From: Candidatus Kapaibacterium sp.
GTDB lineage: Bacteria; Bacteroidota; Ignavibacteria; Kapaibacteriales; NICIL-2
Direction: 5' to 3'
Length of the DNA stretch: 64,000 bases
Assembly: GCA_046297095.1 (NCBI GenBank)
Contig: JBKCNS010000051.1
Coordinates: 9,958-73,957, forward strand
Shown here: in pieces, positions 17,692-27,727 of the stretch
How positions within the stretch are numbered: the first letter of the stretch is position 1
How the letters are laid out: each line of letters opens with the position of its first letter
The notes under the pieces: generated by a model
What the model was told of the DNA's origin: nothing
The model's input: only the letters and a program-made list of their open reading frames with translations
Databases searched by the model: none
Translations under genes and position numbers: made by a program

Positions 17692-19947
17692 CTACCTTGC
17701 CACAAGCACACACACCTTTTTACCGTTTTCTTTAATCATGCGCTGCTCGCGCACGCGGCCCGAACCCATAATGCGCACTGCCACATTGCGAGCATGCAGA
17801 ATTGTTACTGCGCGCCGCACGCTCAGGCCGCGCACATCGGGAATATCAGCGGTTTGTGGAGTCTGCGAAGAGTGCGGCATTGGTTGCTGCGAGGTTAGAG
17901 CTCCTGCATTCTGCCGAGTGCTTTGCCCACCCGAAGGCGCAGTCGCTGTTTGCGTGGAAGTAGTGCCTTGCTGAGCGGATGTAGTACCCTGCTGCAAGGA
18001 TGTAGCTGCGGGTGCTGTTGCGCAGCGAATGCTCACGGCACTGCCGGGTGCCACACGCGTTCCGGGCGCGGGCCACTGCTGCTGCACTACGCCGCTTTCG
18101 CTCTCTGCATTTGCCCGCAGAAACTTGCTACGCAGTAATTCTTTGGCATCGTGTACCACCATGCCGCGAACGTCGGGTATGATACTGCTATCCACGGCAC
18201 CCGAGGGAATCTGCACGCGGGAGAGTGCGGGATAATCCTCGTGCACCGACGGCGTGGAGAGAATGCGTTGCACTATGGATCTGAAAATTGGCGCAGCCGT
18301 ACGCCCGCCATAAATATCCGTTTTGGGTTTATCAAGCATTACCAGTACCACCAGCTCCGCGCTGTCGGCCGGAAAGTATCCTATAAACGACGCGGTATAT
18401 GCTTGCTTGCTGTACTTGCCTTCTACAAGCTGCTGAGCTGTGCCTGTTTTGCCTGCGATGCGTAATCCCGGTACGCGCGCTTCCACACCCGTGCCGCGGT
18501 CCACTACCGAACAGAACAGGTCGGACAATTGCGCTGAGGTTTGCGCGGACACCACCTGGCGAATGCGCTGCGGCTGATACTCGGCTACGCGCTGCTGATT
18601 GTCGTCCAATATTCCCCGAACGATATAGGGCTTCATCATAACGCCTTTGTTTGCCACCGTGGCATACGCTCCTGCAAGCTGCAACGCTGTGGCTGCCATC
18701 TGGTACCCAAAACCCATGAAGAGCTTTGTGGAATAGTCGTACTCCGCCGGTGTTTTAAGAATGCCGCGCGCCTCGCCCGCCATTTCAAAACCAATGGGAA
18801 TGCCAAAGCCAAAATCTCGTGTCACCTTGTAGAAGTCACGGTCTTTCATACTGCGCGCAATGTTGCCAAACACAATATTGCTGGATTTCTCCAACGCCTG
18901 GCGAAGTGTACATACGCCAAGCGGCTCGTGGTCGCGCACTACGGTGCCGTCTTTTAATTGCAGTACACCATTCAATCCATTCACCGTGGCTGCAGCATTT
19001 ATTACACCGTACTCCAGAGCGGCGGCGGCGGTGATAAGCTTGAAGGTTGATCCCGGCTCGTACATATCCGTGATGCCGCGCAAGCGCATGGCGTCGGGCG
19101 ATGATTGATGCACGGCATTGGGATTGAACGATGGCGCTGATGCCATTGCGAGAATCTCTCCTGTGCGCGGCGAAATGGCAATAGCAATACCGCCCTCCGC
19201 ACCGGCTTTGATTAACCCGTTTTGTAATTCTTCTTCCACTATTGCCTGTAGCTCGGCATCGATCGTCAGCTCCAGAGAGTATCCGTTTCTGGCGGGCTTC
19301 GAGGAAGCACCTACAATTTGCCGCAAGTGGTTCTTGGCATCGCGTTGCATCACCTCGAAACCCGCTTCACCCCGAAGCAAAGAATCGTAGGCAAGTTCCA
19401 GCCCCACCAAGCCCCTATTGTCCACATCGGTGCAGCCCACAAGCTGAGCTGCCAAACTACCCAGCACATAATTCCGCTTGGGCTCGGTGAGCCGTATAAA
19501 GCCAACATCGTTGAGTGTATCAAGGGCTGCTGTTTGGGGCGATACCGTTAGGCCTCTGGCAAGCCACACGAAGTTTCGTTTAGAGCCGGCACGAATTTTT
19601 GCCATCAATGAATCGGCCGAACTGCCGCTCGCCGTCGCAAGCAACGCGCAAATGCGCGCGGGGTTCTGCACCATCTTGGGATCTACTGCATACGACACAC
19701 TCTGCACGGACGAAGCAATGGTGCGCCCTTCGCGGTCGAGTATCATACCGCGCCATGGCCGCAAACTGACAGTTACATCGTATTGCTTTCGGGCGCGTTC
19801 CCGGTACTCCGAAGAATTCAACACCTGCACCACGAACAAGCGCACGGCCACTGCCGCCAATCCTGCAAGCAAGAGCAAAGCAAAAAAACGCAAACGCCAA
19901 GGTGTTCGCGACGATGCAGACTTCTGTTCGTTTCCTTCGTGTGTCAT
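17692..19947 (-). CDS. ftsI: Class B penicillin-binding protein (FtsI/PBP3) with PASTA domains
   Basis: 751 aa. N-terminal TM, RGMILDREG, YEPGSTFK (SxxK), SSN, KTGT; C-terminal PDVRGM..DAK..L and PDVRGLSVRRA PASTA repeats. Confidence 0.93.
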   Translation of the reverse strand: MTHEGNEQKSASSRTPWRLRFFALLLLAGLAAVAVRLFVVQVLNSSEYRERARKQYDVTVSLRPWRGMILDREGRTIASSVQSVSYAVDPKMVQNPARICALLATASGSSADSLMAKIRAGSKRNFVWLARGLTVSPQTAALDTLNDVGFIRLTEPKRNYVLGSLAAQLVGCTDVDNRGLVGLELAYDSLLRGEAGFEVMQRDAKNHLRQIVGASSKPARNGYSLELTIDAELQAIVEEELQNGLIKAGAEGGIAIAISPRTGEILAMASAPSFNPNAVHQSSPDAMRLRGITDMYEPGSTFKLITAAAALEYGVINAAATVNGLNGVLQLKDGTVVRDHEPLGVCTLRQALEKSSNIVFGNIARSMKDRDFYKVTRDFGFGIPIGFEMAGEARGILKTPAEYDYSTKLFMGFGYQMAATALQLAGAYATVANKGVMMKPYIVRGILDDNQQRVAEYQPQRIRQVVSAQTSAQLSDLFCSVVDRGTGVEARVPGLRIAGKTGTAQQLVEGKYSKQAYTASFIGYFPADSAELVVLVMLDKPKTDIYGGRTAAPIFRSIVQRILSTPSVHEDYPALSRVQIPSGAVDSSIIPDVRGMVVHDAKELLRSKFLRANAESESGVVQQQWPAPGTRVAPGSAVSIRCATAPAATSLQQGTTSAQQGTTSTQTATAPSGGQSTRQNAGALTSQQPMPHSSQTPQTADIPDVRGLSVRRAVTILHARNVAVRIMGSGRVREQRMIKENGKKVCVLVAR

Positions 19948-20049
19948 TCCTCTAGTGGGGCTTTGTTCCGGGCTGCCGGTTGTTGGTTAATCGTTGGTGA
20001 TTGATGCTCGCCGCATGCTCGCGCCGCATGCCTTCGGTAGACTCTCTAT

Positions 20050-20364
20050 TCAGGGCATTAAATCTTCAACTTCTTTGGATTCCTCGATGGGGAAGTACTC
20101 CACCATCATGGGGGCATTGGTGGGTTGCTCCAATTGCAAATGCTCCCGCGCCACTTTGGTGATTCGCTCGGACGACTCAAGCCGCAACACCTCGTTGCGC
20201 AGGGCGTTGTTCACCGACACCAAAGAGTCTCTGGTGTATTCCATGGAGCGTACTTCTGCCAGCAGCCCGTTAACCTTCACCACGTTGTACACGGAGAACA
20301 GCGTGATGCCGGCTACAAGCACGATAAGCAAGAAGGTATATCCCGGCGTGAGAAACTTTTCCAT
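20050..20364 (-). CDS. ftsL: Cell division protein FtsL-like
   Basis: 104 aa. Single TM then heptad coiled coil ending LESSERITKVAREHLQL; directly upstream of ftsI. Confidence 0.8.
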   Translation of the reverse strand: MEKFLTPGYTFLLIVLVAGITLFSVYNVVKVNGLLAEVRSMEYTRDSLVSVNNALRNEVLRLESSERITKVAREHLQLEQPTNAPMMVEYFPIEESKEVEDLMP

Positions 20365-20402
20365 AAAGAAAACTGATTGTATCGTTTATCGTGGATGGGC
20401 CG

Positions 20403-21563
20403 CTACAACGCTGCATTCCATGCGGTCAGGTTCTGCTCGCTAAACATACGTGCATACACTTCGTGGCCATTGTGAGCGAATTGCTCAAAGTATCCGGTGT
20501 ACCATTGGGCAAGATGCACTCCAGCACCTCGAGTAGCGCATACATCCGCAAACTGCTCAATACCACCGGTGCGTATCACATGAAAATTCTCTGCACCACA
20601 AGCTGTTACATGATTCTGCGCTACCGTGCAGGCCTGTATTGATGCGCCTTTCACCACTTTGCCGCTCAAGCCGCCGCCAAAGGTACCGGTAAAGCGCCGG
20701 TAGGCGGCAAGGTCGCGGCTGTCTATCTGTGCTTCGTGTGTAGCATATGCGGTAGAAGTATTGCCAATATTGATACCGGCAAAACCCAGATCGAGCAGTA
20801 CATCAATCAGCGCCGGCAGCAAGTTGGTTTGAATGTCGTTCGACACTTTGATAATCACGGGAACGGGCCGCTCGCTTCCCCGCCCACTGCGCCGTACAAC
20901 CGTATCGCTCACATACTCCAGCCGCTCCAGCAAATCTTTGTCCAACTCGTCCGGCCTTGGCTGATGCGCATGCGAGGGGACATTCGGACAGCTTTCGTTC
21001 AGCTCCAAAAAATCCACACCCGCGCTGATATACATGTGCATGCCTTCGGCCAGCGAACCAAGAGCGTCCAATCCTTTAAGCTCGGGATCGGCGCTGACAC
21101 TTGCTCCCAGCGGGCAGCCGCTCACTTTTTCTATGCCGGACAACCGCTTGGCCACCACTGCATGACCGCGGTTCGGCAAGCCCATCCAATTCGATGCAGC
21201 GCCGCTGTGCGGATATGGCGTAAAGGGATGATCAATACCCTTGCGCGTATTGCCCATTCGTGGTCGCGATGTGGTTGTGCCCGCCAAATATGCACCCGCT
21301 CCCTGCAGCGCACACACTTCGTACCCTTCGCCATTTTTGAAAATGCCGGCGGCATTAAAGAGCGGCACTCTAAAGCGCAACCCCCACAGCTCGACGCCAT
21401 ACTCGTCCGGAATGAAAGGCATAGCCGGCCGCTCGCGAACAAAGCGGCGCAGAAAAATCTCCCGCCCGCGCGAGTACACGCGTGTGGCCATGTGGCCCGG
21501 AAGCCGCGTCATTACAGGCCGCAGAGCGCGATCGGTTTTAGCTATGGTTTCTACTATGCTCAA
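20403..21563 (-). CDS. pyrD: Dihydroorotate dehydrogenase
   Basis: NAAGIFKNG, GTTT, NWMGLPNRG, ELNESCPNV, IKVSND, GNT, GGLSG and TGGI FMN-barrel motifs. Confidence 0.85.
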   Translation of the reverse strand: MSIVETIAKTDRALRPVMTRLPGHMATRVYSRGREIFLRRFVRERPAMPFIPDEYGVELWGLRFRVPLFNAAGIFKNGEGYEVCALQGAGAYLAGTTTSRPRMGNTRKGIDHPFTPYPHSGAASNWMGLPNRGHAVVAKRLSGIEKVSGCPLGASVSADPELKGLDALGSLAEGMHMYISAGVDFLELNESCPNVPSHAHQPRPDELDKDLLERLEYVSDTVVRRSGRGSERPVPVIIKVSNDIQTNLLPALIDVLLDLGFAGINIGNTSTAYATHEAQIDSRDLAAYRRFTGTFGGGLSGKVVKGASIQACTVAQNHVTACGAENFHVIRTGGIEQFADVCATRGAGVHLAQWYTGYFEQFAHNGHEVYARMFSEQNLTAWNAAL

Positions 21564-21742
21564 TGTTTGATTCTCGGTTTACGATGCTAAAATGATGTAC
21601 CTGAAATGCAGGCTACTCGTTGCGTGCACTTGTGAATGGCACCACCGGTTTGTGCCGGTTGCATGTTCGTCAATCACACATGTGCTCTGCAAAAATACGG
21701 CCGGCAAGGCCCATGAGTCCCACAGCTTGGTCAGGCGGGTGA

Positions 21743-21850
21743 TCATTCATCTTCCTAATCTTTTTATCATTCTTCTTCTTAATCTTCTTCCTAATCTTCT
21801 TATCAATCCTCTTATCAATCTTCTTATCAATCCTCTTCCTCTTCCTCCAC
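21743..21850 (-). repeat. Degenerate 12-bp tandem repeat at the 3' end of the ArnT-like gene
   Basis: Minus strand reads GAGGATTGATAA GAAGATTGATAA GAGGATTGATAA GAAGATTAG..., about 7-8 units. Confidence 0.85.
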
Positions 21851-23581
21851 GGAAAATGCTATGCGCGAATACACTACGTAGCGCTGTGTTTCTTTGCGCA
21901 TACGAGCGCGTTGCAGATTGAGCGAAGCGTGGCTATTGGCACCGCGAACAAACACGATGGGTTCATCTCTGCGCTCTGCTTGCGCGAGCGCAGAAGCATT
22001 GGCAGAGCTGTCGCTAGTAAGGCGCAGAACAGTGCATCCATAGGCGGGCCGCCAGGGCTGAGAATGCGTCCAGCCGGCCCAACCCTGCGTGTACCACGAT
22101 AGCTGTGGCACCAATGTATCGCCGGAAGCACCGCCGCCCGTATCGGCAGAACCATCAGGCGGTAACACCACAGTGAACAATCGCTGCTGCGACTGCTCCA
22201 GCCAGGCACCAACTTCTTTAGCGCCATCGCGCTCGCGGCGCGTGCTTGTGGTATTCAGCCACGCGCAGTGCAGCACGAGTATCACCGGCAGTACCATGCG
22301 CGTGCTTCGCATCATGGCGTTGTTCATTGATACTGCCGCGCCCGGCGAAATCAAACGCAGTATACCGGCCGAGAGAAACAACGCGATTATCGGCAGCATC
22401 ACCGGTGGGTATGCAGAGCTTGAGGAAGCGAGCCCCAAACCCGCGCCGTTAGCGGCGTTCAGGTCCGACACCTGCACAAGTCCAAGCAGGCGAAACACCA
22501 CCAGGAATACCATGAAAAGAAAGGCCGCGCTCAACACGCGCGACCGTACATACATTCGGAACACGTTGTAGCGATTGCTCACAGTAAGAATCACCAACGG
22601 CGGCAGAGCAAACACCACGCGGGTGGAGTCGCTAATAGGCAGAGCAAACAATGCCAGCGCGCCCATAGCCCACACGTGCAGTAGTTTATCGGATTCTTTG
22701 TAGGGTTGGAGGTCCTCGTCGGCACGCTTGGGACGCACATACATGATCACCGCAAGTAATGCCACCACAGCAAGCGGCTGCGAGATAAGCAGGTCGGTCA
22801 CAGACGTTGCTATTGCCTGCAGAGTAAAGGCATGCGCTGTATCCATCACCACGGAAGACGCGAGCATAGCGCGAAGCGCAAGCGAGCCCTGAACAATAAT
22901 CATATGTACGTACCAGCACAGTGCAATGGCAATGCCCACAAGGCCGCCCACTACTACCTGTGCAGACTCACGCCGGTGCGTGTAGAGCAGCAGCAACGTT
23001 GCCGCCGCGCCAATAACCACATCGAGAAGTAACGCGCAGCACACCGCCACTGCATATACGGCGCTCCAGGTGTAGCGCTCACGCATGTCGTAGGCATGCA
23101 CCGCACGTAGCACTGCCAGCACCGATAGCATAAAGAACACAACTGCAGGCACATCCGGCTGAGCGCTACGCGCAAAATGATTCCACATCAAGCTGCCCGC
23201 AAGCAGCACCGGAGCCGGCATGGCAGAAGATTCGCCAACAAAAAAAGCAGTGATATAGTACACCAGCACCAATGCTGCTACCCCACTGAGCACACTCCAC
23301 AAGCGTAGCATAAAAGGTTTGTTCCAGCCCGCGGTGCGCACGAACACAGACTCCGCCCATGCAAGCAGGGGCGCTTGCGTTGCGTTTGTCACGCCGCCGG
23401 GAGTGAAGGTAGACTGATCCGTCCACGCCTGTTTCTCGGCTGTTGCCTTGGCCCGGAACGCAACAATTGCTTCAGTGTGCGAAAGCTCCTTTGCGCCCAA
23501 TCCCAGGAACAGCAGCAGGCCGCAGGTAATAATGACAAGTATGATATTCTGACGTTGCACGTCCTCGTTTTCCGCGTACAT
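21827..23581 (-). CDS. ArnT/GT39-like polytopic membrane glycosyltransferase
   Basis: About 585 aa. LGLGAKELSHTEA (D/E acceptor motif), APLLAW, LRLWSVLSG, ARSAQPDVP and many TM segments. Confidence 0.75.
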   Translation of the reverse strand: MYAENEDVQRQNIILVIITCGLLLFLGLGAKELSHTEAIVAFRAKATAEKQAWTDQSTFTPGGVTNATQAPLLAWAESVFVRTAGWNKPFMLRLWSVLSGVAALVLVYYITAFFVGESSAMPAPVLLAGSLMWNHFARSAQPDVPAVVFFMLSVLAVLRAVHAYDMRERYTWSAVYAVAVCCALLLDVVIGAAATLLLLYTHRRESAQVVVGGLVGIAIALCWYVHMIIVQGSLALRAMLASSVVMDTAHAFTLQAIATSVTDLLISQPLAVVALLAVIMYVRPKRADEDLQPYKESDKLLHVWAMGALALFALPISDSTRVVFALPPLVILTVSNRYNVFRMYVRSRVLSAAFLFMVFLVVFRLLGLVQVSDLNAANGAGLGLASSSSAYPPVMLPIIALFLSAGILRLISPGAAVSMNNAMMRSTRMVLPVILVLHCAWLNTTSTRRERDGAKEVGAWLEQSQQRLFTVVLPPDGSADTGGGASGDTLVPQLSWYTQGWAGWTHSQPWRPAYGCTVLRLTSDSSANASALAQAERRDEPIVFVRGANSHASLNLQRARMRKETQRYVVYSRIAFSVEEEEED

Positions 23582-23616
23582 AGGCACCTTGCGCTTGCTT
23601 GTGTAATTTGGCGCAA

Positions 23617-23638
23617 ACTACAACCGAAGGTGCGTGAT
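23617..23638 (+). repeat. 22-bp direct repeat, left copy (ACTACAACCGAAGGTGCGTGAT)
   Basis: Identical to 27957-27978. Confidence 0.95.
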
Positions 23639-23780
23639 ACGGCGATCGCACAAAGGAATAACGAGTAACGAACGCCGGAGTTGTGCCTGAGTTGCGGCGA
23701 TGTTGTGGCGGTGTTGTGCAGGGACAGTATGCATGCTGTTCTCGTGCCATGAGCACTCCCGCTGAGGCGGCAGGCTTATG

Positions 23781-25718
23781 CTAGTACTCTCCTCCAATAG
23801 TACGAGCGTTGAGAGGCCCACGGAATACCGGCAAACGGGATGGTTTAGTGCCTAAGCCTGCGGTGTCTGTGAGTGCATTGATGAATGCAATCAAGTCGGA
23901 TCTGTCTTGACGCGAAAGCTCCAGACTGTCGAATGGAAGAGTCTGGTTCGGAACTGCCCAACCTATGCCCCTGCCTCCGCCACGTGCATAAAAATCGATA
24001 ACCTGTTCGAGTGAACCGTATGCTCCATTGTGAAAGTACGGTGCAGTAAGAGCACTGTTTCGCACAGTAGGGGTTTTGAATGAGTGACGATAGATATGAG
24101 AGTTCTCTCGACGTATACCGCCTGCTCGCCCGATGTCACTATCGGGCTTAGCATTTATAGTATCTACTGCGGCCGGAACTCCTAAAATTTCCGACTCACT
24201 TTCAACGAATCCGGGAGGAACATAGCCGGAGAATGTAGGGGCAAAGTGACAAGTGCCACACGCTGCTCTTCCCATAAAAAGATTCATTCCACTTCTCTCG
24301 CTTGTGGTAAGTGATACGGACTCACCACGCAGGTAGCGATCTACTCTGGAATTGAAGGAACGAAGAGTGGAGATATAAGCGCCAATTGCCAACCCTACGT
24401 TCGAGGCATCAATGACCGATTCGCCCCTACTGCCAAAAGCTGTTTCGAACATGGTCACATATTCGGGTGAGGTGCGCAAGCGATTCACCATTTCCAAAAG
24501 AGAAAATCCGAACTCGTCTTCATGAGTAACAACATGGGCTACAACATCATTTATTCTCTGAGCCCGAAGATCGTAGAAGAATCTTCGAGCAAACACGCTG
24601 TTGATGAGAGTAGGTGCATTTCTCTGAATTGACTTGCGGCCGCCAAGTGCCATGCTGGTAACCCGCGAGTCCGTGAAAGCAGCGTCCGGCCGATGGCACG
24701 ATGCGCATGAACGCTGATTATTCACGGAAAGTATCGGATCGAAAAACAGCGTTCTTCCCAGGTGAACAAGTGCGGGAGAATAGAGTTTGGGCGATAATCC
24801 GGCAGTTGCCGTGGCTATGAAAACGTCGTCCGAAAACATACTAGTTGCCCGAGGATTGAGCACTATTTGGCCTATCCCAGCTTCGTCGGCAAACTCAACG
24901 TAGAGTATATGCTGTATATGTACGATGGATGAGTACAGCGGATCTAAACAACCGCGAATCAGTTCCGCTCTGTCCAAGGAATCGAAGGCAAGTTTCATCC
25001 GTGACTGAGCATCTTCAATTCTGATTATTACGGAATCGATAACGGATGCGTCATTGCGTGACTCGCACCACGGACGGTAAGTAACGATGAGTGCACGAAA
25101 GGTGTTGAGAAAGGGAATATTGTCTTCAAGACTCTGCTCCGAAGCAGGGCGGTCGAAACCTGTGATACCTAAACTTGTCATTCGTAAAATCCCCGAGCGC
25201 ATACTCTCGAACATCATTCTATCAGTCCACGGAGCATTCCGTGCCAAGCTCATAGCCTGATGCATCGAGTTTGCGAATCTCCCGGAAAGATCCTGCAACA
25301 ATCGTGCGGATTCCGTATCAAGTGTGGTTTGCGCATATACTACTTCGTCCAATACTTGAAGGCCTTCGGGCTCAAGAACATCGATGAATGTAGACTTAGG
25401 ATCGAGCTTCGGAAGAGGAGCACCATTCAGGTACGAAGTAACCATACCTGGATCCAGATACTCCACAAGAAACTCACATGCTTTATACTCTCGGCGTGCC
25501 ATTTCCAGCGCTTCGCGAATCTTTTTTGTACTGTCTCCGGGGCGGGCGCTATTGCATGTTGCCAGAAACATGTCGGCGGCTTGCTCTGCACTCCGCGTAG
25601 CAGTTTGAATAATCTTTCGCTGATCGCTGCGGCGATCGTCGTGTACATCACTCACAAACGCAGTACAAAGTGCAGCTAAGGTTAGTATCAGCGTTGAACC
25701 GAGAATGAATTTGCTCAT
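23781..25718 (-). CDS. Di-haem cytochrome c peroxidase/MauG-family protein with N-terminal helical extension
   Basis: 645 aa. LGRTLFFDPILS, CASCH, RNAPTL, FYDLRA, CGTCH, FKTPTVRN and PYFHNG. Confidence 0.92.
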   Translation of the reverse strand: MSKFILGSTLILTLAALCTAFVSDVHDDRRSDQRKIIQTATRSAEQAADMFLATCNSARPGDSTKKIREALEMARREYKACEFLVEYLDPGMVTSYLNGAPLPKLDPKSTFIDVLEPEGLQVLDEVVYAQTTLDTESARLLQDLSGRFANSMHQAMSLARNAPWTDRMMFESMRSGILRMTSLGITGFDRPASEQSLEDNIPFLNTFRALIVTYRPWCESRNDASVIDSVIIRIEDAQSRMKLAFDSLDRAELIRGCLDPLYSSIVHIQHILYVEFADEAGIGQIVLNPRATSMFSDDVFIATATAGLSPKLYSPALVHLGRTLFFDPILSVNNQRSCASCHRPDAAFTDSRVTSMALGGRKSIQRNAPTLINSVFARRFFYDLRAQRINDVVAHVVTHEDEFGFSLLEMVNRLRTSPEYVTMFETAFGSRGESVIDASNVGLAIGAYISTLRSFNSRVDRYLRGESVSLTTSERSGMNLFMGRAACGTCHFAPTFSGYVPPGFVESESEILGVPAAVDTINAKPDSDIGRAGGIRRENSHIYRHSFKTPTVRNSALTAPYFHNGAYGSLEQVIDFYARGGGRGIGWAVPNQTLPFDSLELSRQDRSDLIAFINALTDTAGLGTKPSRLPVFRGPLNARTIGGEY

Positions 25719-25760
25719 TACCTATGCGGGGAATAGTAGAAAATGCCGGTTGGGTAATAC

Positions 25761-25796
25761 AAAAACAGGACCGAGGCCATAAGCGCATCGGTCCTG
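25761..25796 (-). terminator. Intrinsic terminator between phoX and the peroxidase gene
   Basis: Stem CAGGACCGA / TCGGTCCTG followed by TTTTT on the minus strand. Confidence 0.65.
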
Positions 25797-25816
25797 CATA
25801 CCGGTAAAAGCCGAGA

Positions 25817-27661
25817 TTATCTCATCACTACTACTTGTTGTGTTGTACCATCTGCAAATCGAACGTAATAAACGCCTGCAGCAACGTCGGATATGTCCAG
25901 GGACGAAGCTTGACGAACCACGCGAACTCTGTCACCGGTTGCATTATACAAGGCGGCATCCGACGGCGTTGAAAAGTTCAATTGCGTGGATGTGGGGTTC
26001 GGGTACACGGTTACAGCGACAGCGTTTCGCTCATCACTGTCTTTGTCTATAGAGTTAACCAGCTGCTTCAATCCCGACACAGCAAAGGTCAGTGAGTTTT
26101 TCGCCGCTGCATCACTGATCGTTGCATTATCAGGATGCTGCGAATTGATCAACACGGTATTGCCATCATCAAGCGAAGCAAATCCGGTAATCTCCGAGCC
26201 GTACGGCGAGATAGCCAAGCGATAGAGATTGTCGATTGTGGGTGCTTTGGTCATGTCTAACAGCCATGCTTCGCAGTTTGTGCCACGCATACCGGTGTTC
26301 GGCATTCTGCCAAAGCTTGTGCCATTAAGATCCTCTTCGATAACCATGAATGTTTTACCATTCACATAGAGAAATCCAAGACCATCCGGATTGGAAAGAT
26401 GTTTCTCAGGATACTTGCCGGGCACGGCCTGTGCGTCGGTGATGTACGGTCCGCCTTCGATAAATGAACGCACGGAGTTGTCGGTTAAATCAAGCACAAG
26501 AACACGACCATAATAATCAGTGTATGCGGTACTATCGAGCGCCACACCTTGCTCTTTTGCTCTGTCGTAAGCGTGCTGCGGAAGAGTCCATCCGTCTGCA
26601 ACGGCAGATTTGTAGCCGCTACCGGGGCGGTCCACGCCGGTTTCGGTGATGTAAATCTTGCCATCTGTTTTGTTGAATGCACCCCACTCAAGACGTGTAA
26701 ATCCGGTGATGCCTTGTGTTTTAGCCCAGTTGTGAGGAGCTACAAGTATGTCCCAGTTTTTTGCAGGATCATTCGGCACCTCTACCCACGAACCTGTAAA
26801 GCTTCCTTTGTTTTGCTTGTAGAAGTATGTTTTTCCTTTGGTGTAATCACCCGCAACATCTGCAACAAACTTGGTAAGAATGGAACGGCCTGCTGCGCCA
26901 TCTTCAAACAGAAAAATTGTTTTGCCATCGGGATGCACAACACCACCTTCAAAGCCTTGACGGCCCCAGTTATAGTACTTGCGAACAGCCTTGGCAGACT
27001 TCGGATCGATCTCGACCATCCAGTTAAGATTCTCGAAGCGCTTAATCACTTTGCCATCCAAACCCGGAAATCCGGAAGCAACTTTCGAACCGATCACAAA
27101 GTCACTTGTGTCGCGAAAACCCTTGCCATCCGAGTTTATCATCTTGTTGTTTGTTTGGTACCACTCCTCGGCAGTCCACACACGGCCAAATCCGGACATA
27201 CCGCCGCAATTCATACCCGTTTCGCCAACAGTGTTTTTGAAGTCTACATTGAAAAACTTGCCCTTGCGGCCATCGGCCAATGTTTGCTCAAGAACCTCAA
27301 GAGATCCGTCGGCTTTTTTACCGAGCTTGAACATGGTCATCCCACCACCGTCGCCAATTTTGTCGTTGGCTTCAATCATTTCGTGATTAACAATGAAGTA
27401 ACCCATCGATGATCCGGACTCGTCGGCAGCATAACCTATATAGTCATGCCACTGTTTGGCCAGTGTACGTCCTGTGCCTGTCTCCACGGAGTCAACTCCA
27501 CCAACGAAAATGTTCTGATACTTCAAAGGAGACGGTGGAACAACCACTCTACCTTGCAGATACGGTATCATAGTTACCGGCTCGATCTTCACAGGAAAAT
27601 CCTGCGCGCTTACACTACTCGTTGCCATTACAGCAGCGGCAAACAGACCCAAAACCTTCAT
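25817..27661 (-). CDS. phoX: PhoX-family (DUF839) alkaline phosphatase with T9SS CTD
   Basis: 614 aa. Signal peptide, VNHE, NCGGM, WTAEE, GWMVEIDP-like (NWMVEIDP), WGRQGFEG, RLEWG, NPDGL, EED, GSEITG, SQHP; CTD VYPNPT...AAGVYYVR. Confidence 0.85.
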   Translation of the reverse strand: MKVLGLFAAAVMATSSVSAQDFPVKIEPVTMIPYLQGRVVVPPSPLKYQNIFVGGVDSVETGTGRTLAKQWHDYIGYAADESGSSMGYFIVNHEMIEANDKIGDGGGMTMFKLGKKADGSLEVLEQTLADGRKGKFFNVDFKNTVGETGMNCGGMSGFGRVWTAEEWYQTNNKMINSDGKGFRDTSDFVIGSKVASGFPGLDGKVIKRFENLNWMVEIDPKSAKAVRKYYNWGRQGFEGGVVHPDGKTIFLFEDGAAGRSILTKFVADVAGDYTKGKTYFYKQNKGSFTGSWVEVPNDPAKNWDILVAPHNWAKTQGITGFTRLEWGAFNKTDGKIYITETGVDRPGSGYKSAVADGWTLPQHAYDRAKEQGVALDSTAYTDYYGRVLVLDLTDNSVRSFIEGGPYITDAQAVPGKYPEKHLSNPDGLGFLYVNGKTFMVIEEDLNGTSFGRMPNTGMRGTNCEAWLLDMTKAPTIDNLYRLAISPYGSEITGFASLDDGNTVLINSQHPDNATISDAAAKNSLTFAVSGLKQLVNSIDKDSDERNAVAVTVYPNPTSTQLNFSTPSDAALYNATGDRVRVVRQASSLDISDVAAGVYYVRFADGTTQQVVVMR

Positions 27662-27727
27662 TTGTCACTCCCTGAAATTGATTGAAAAAAATTCCGATTG
27701 CTACGGGAGGCAAACTCCGGCTTGCAC

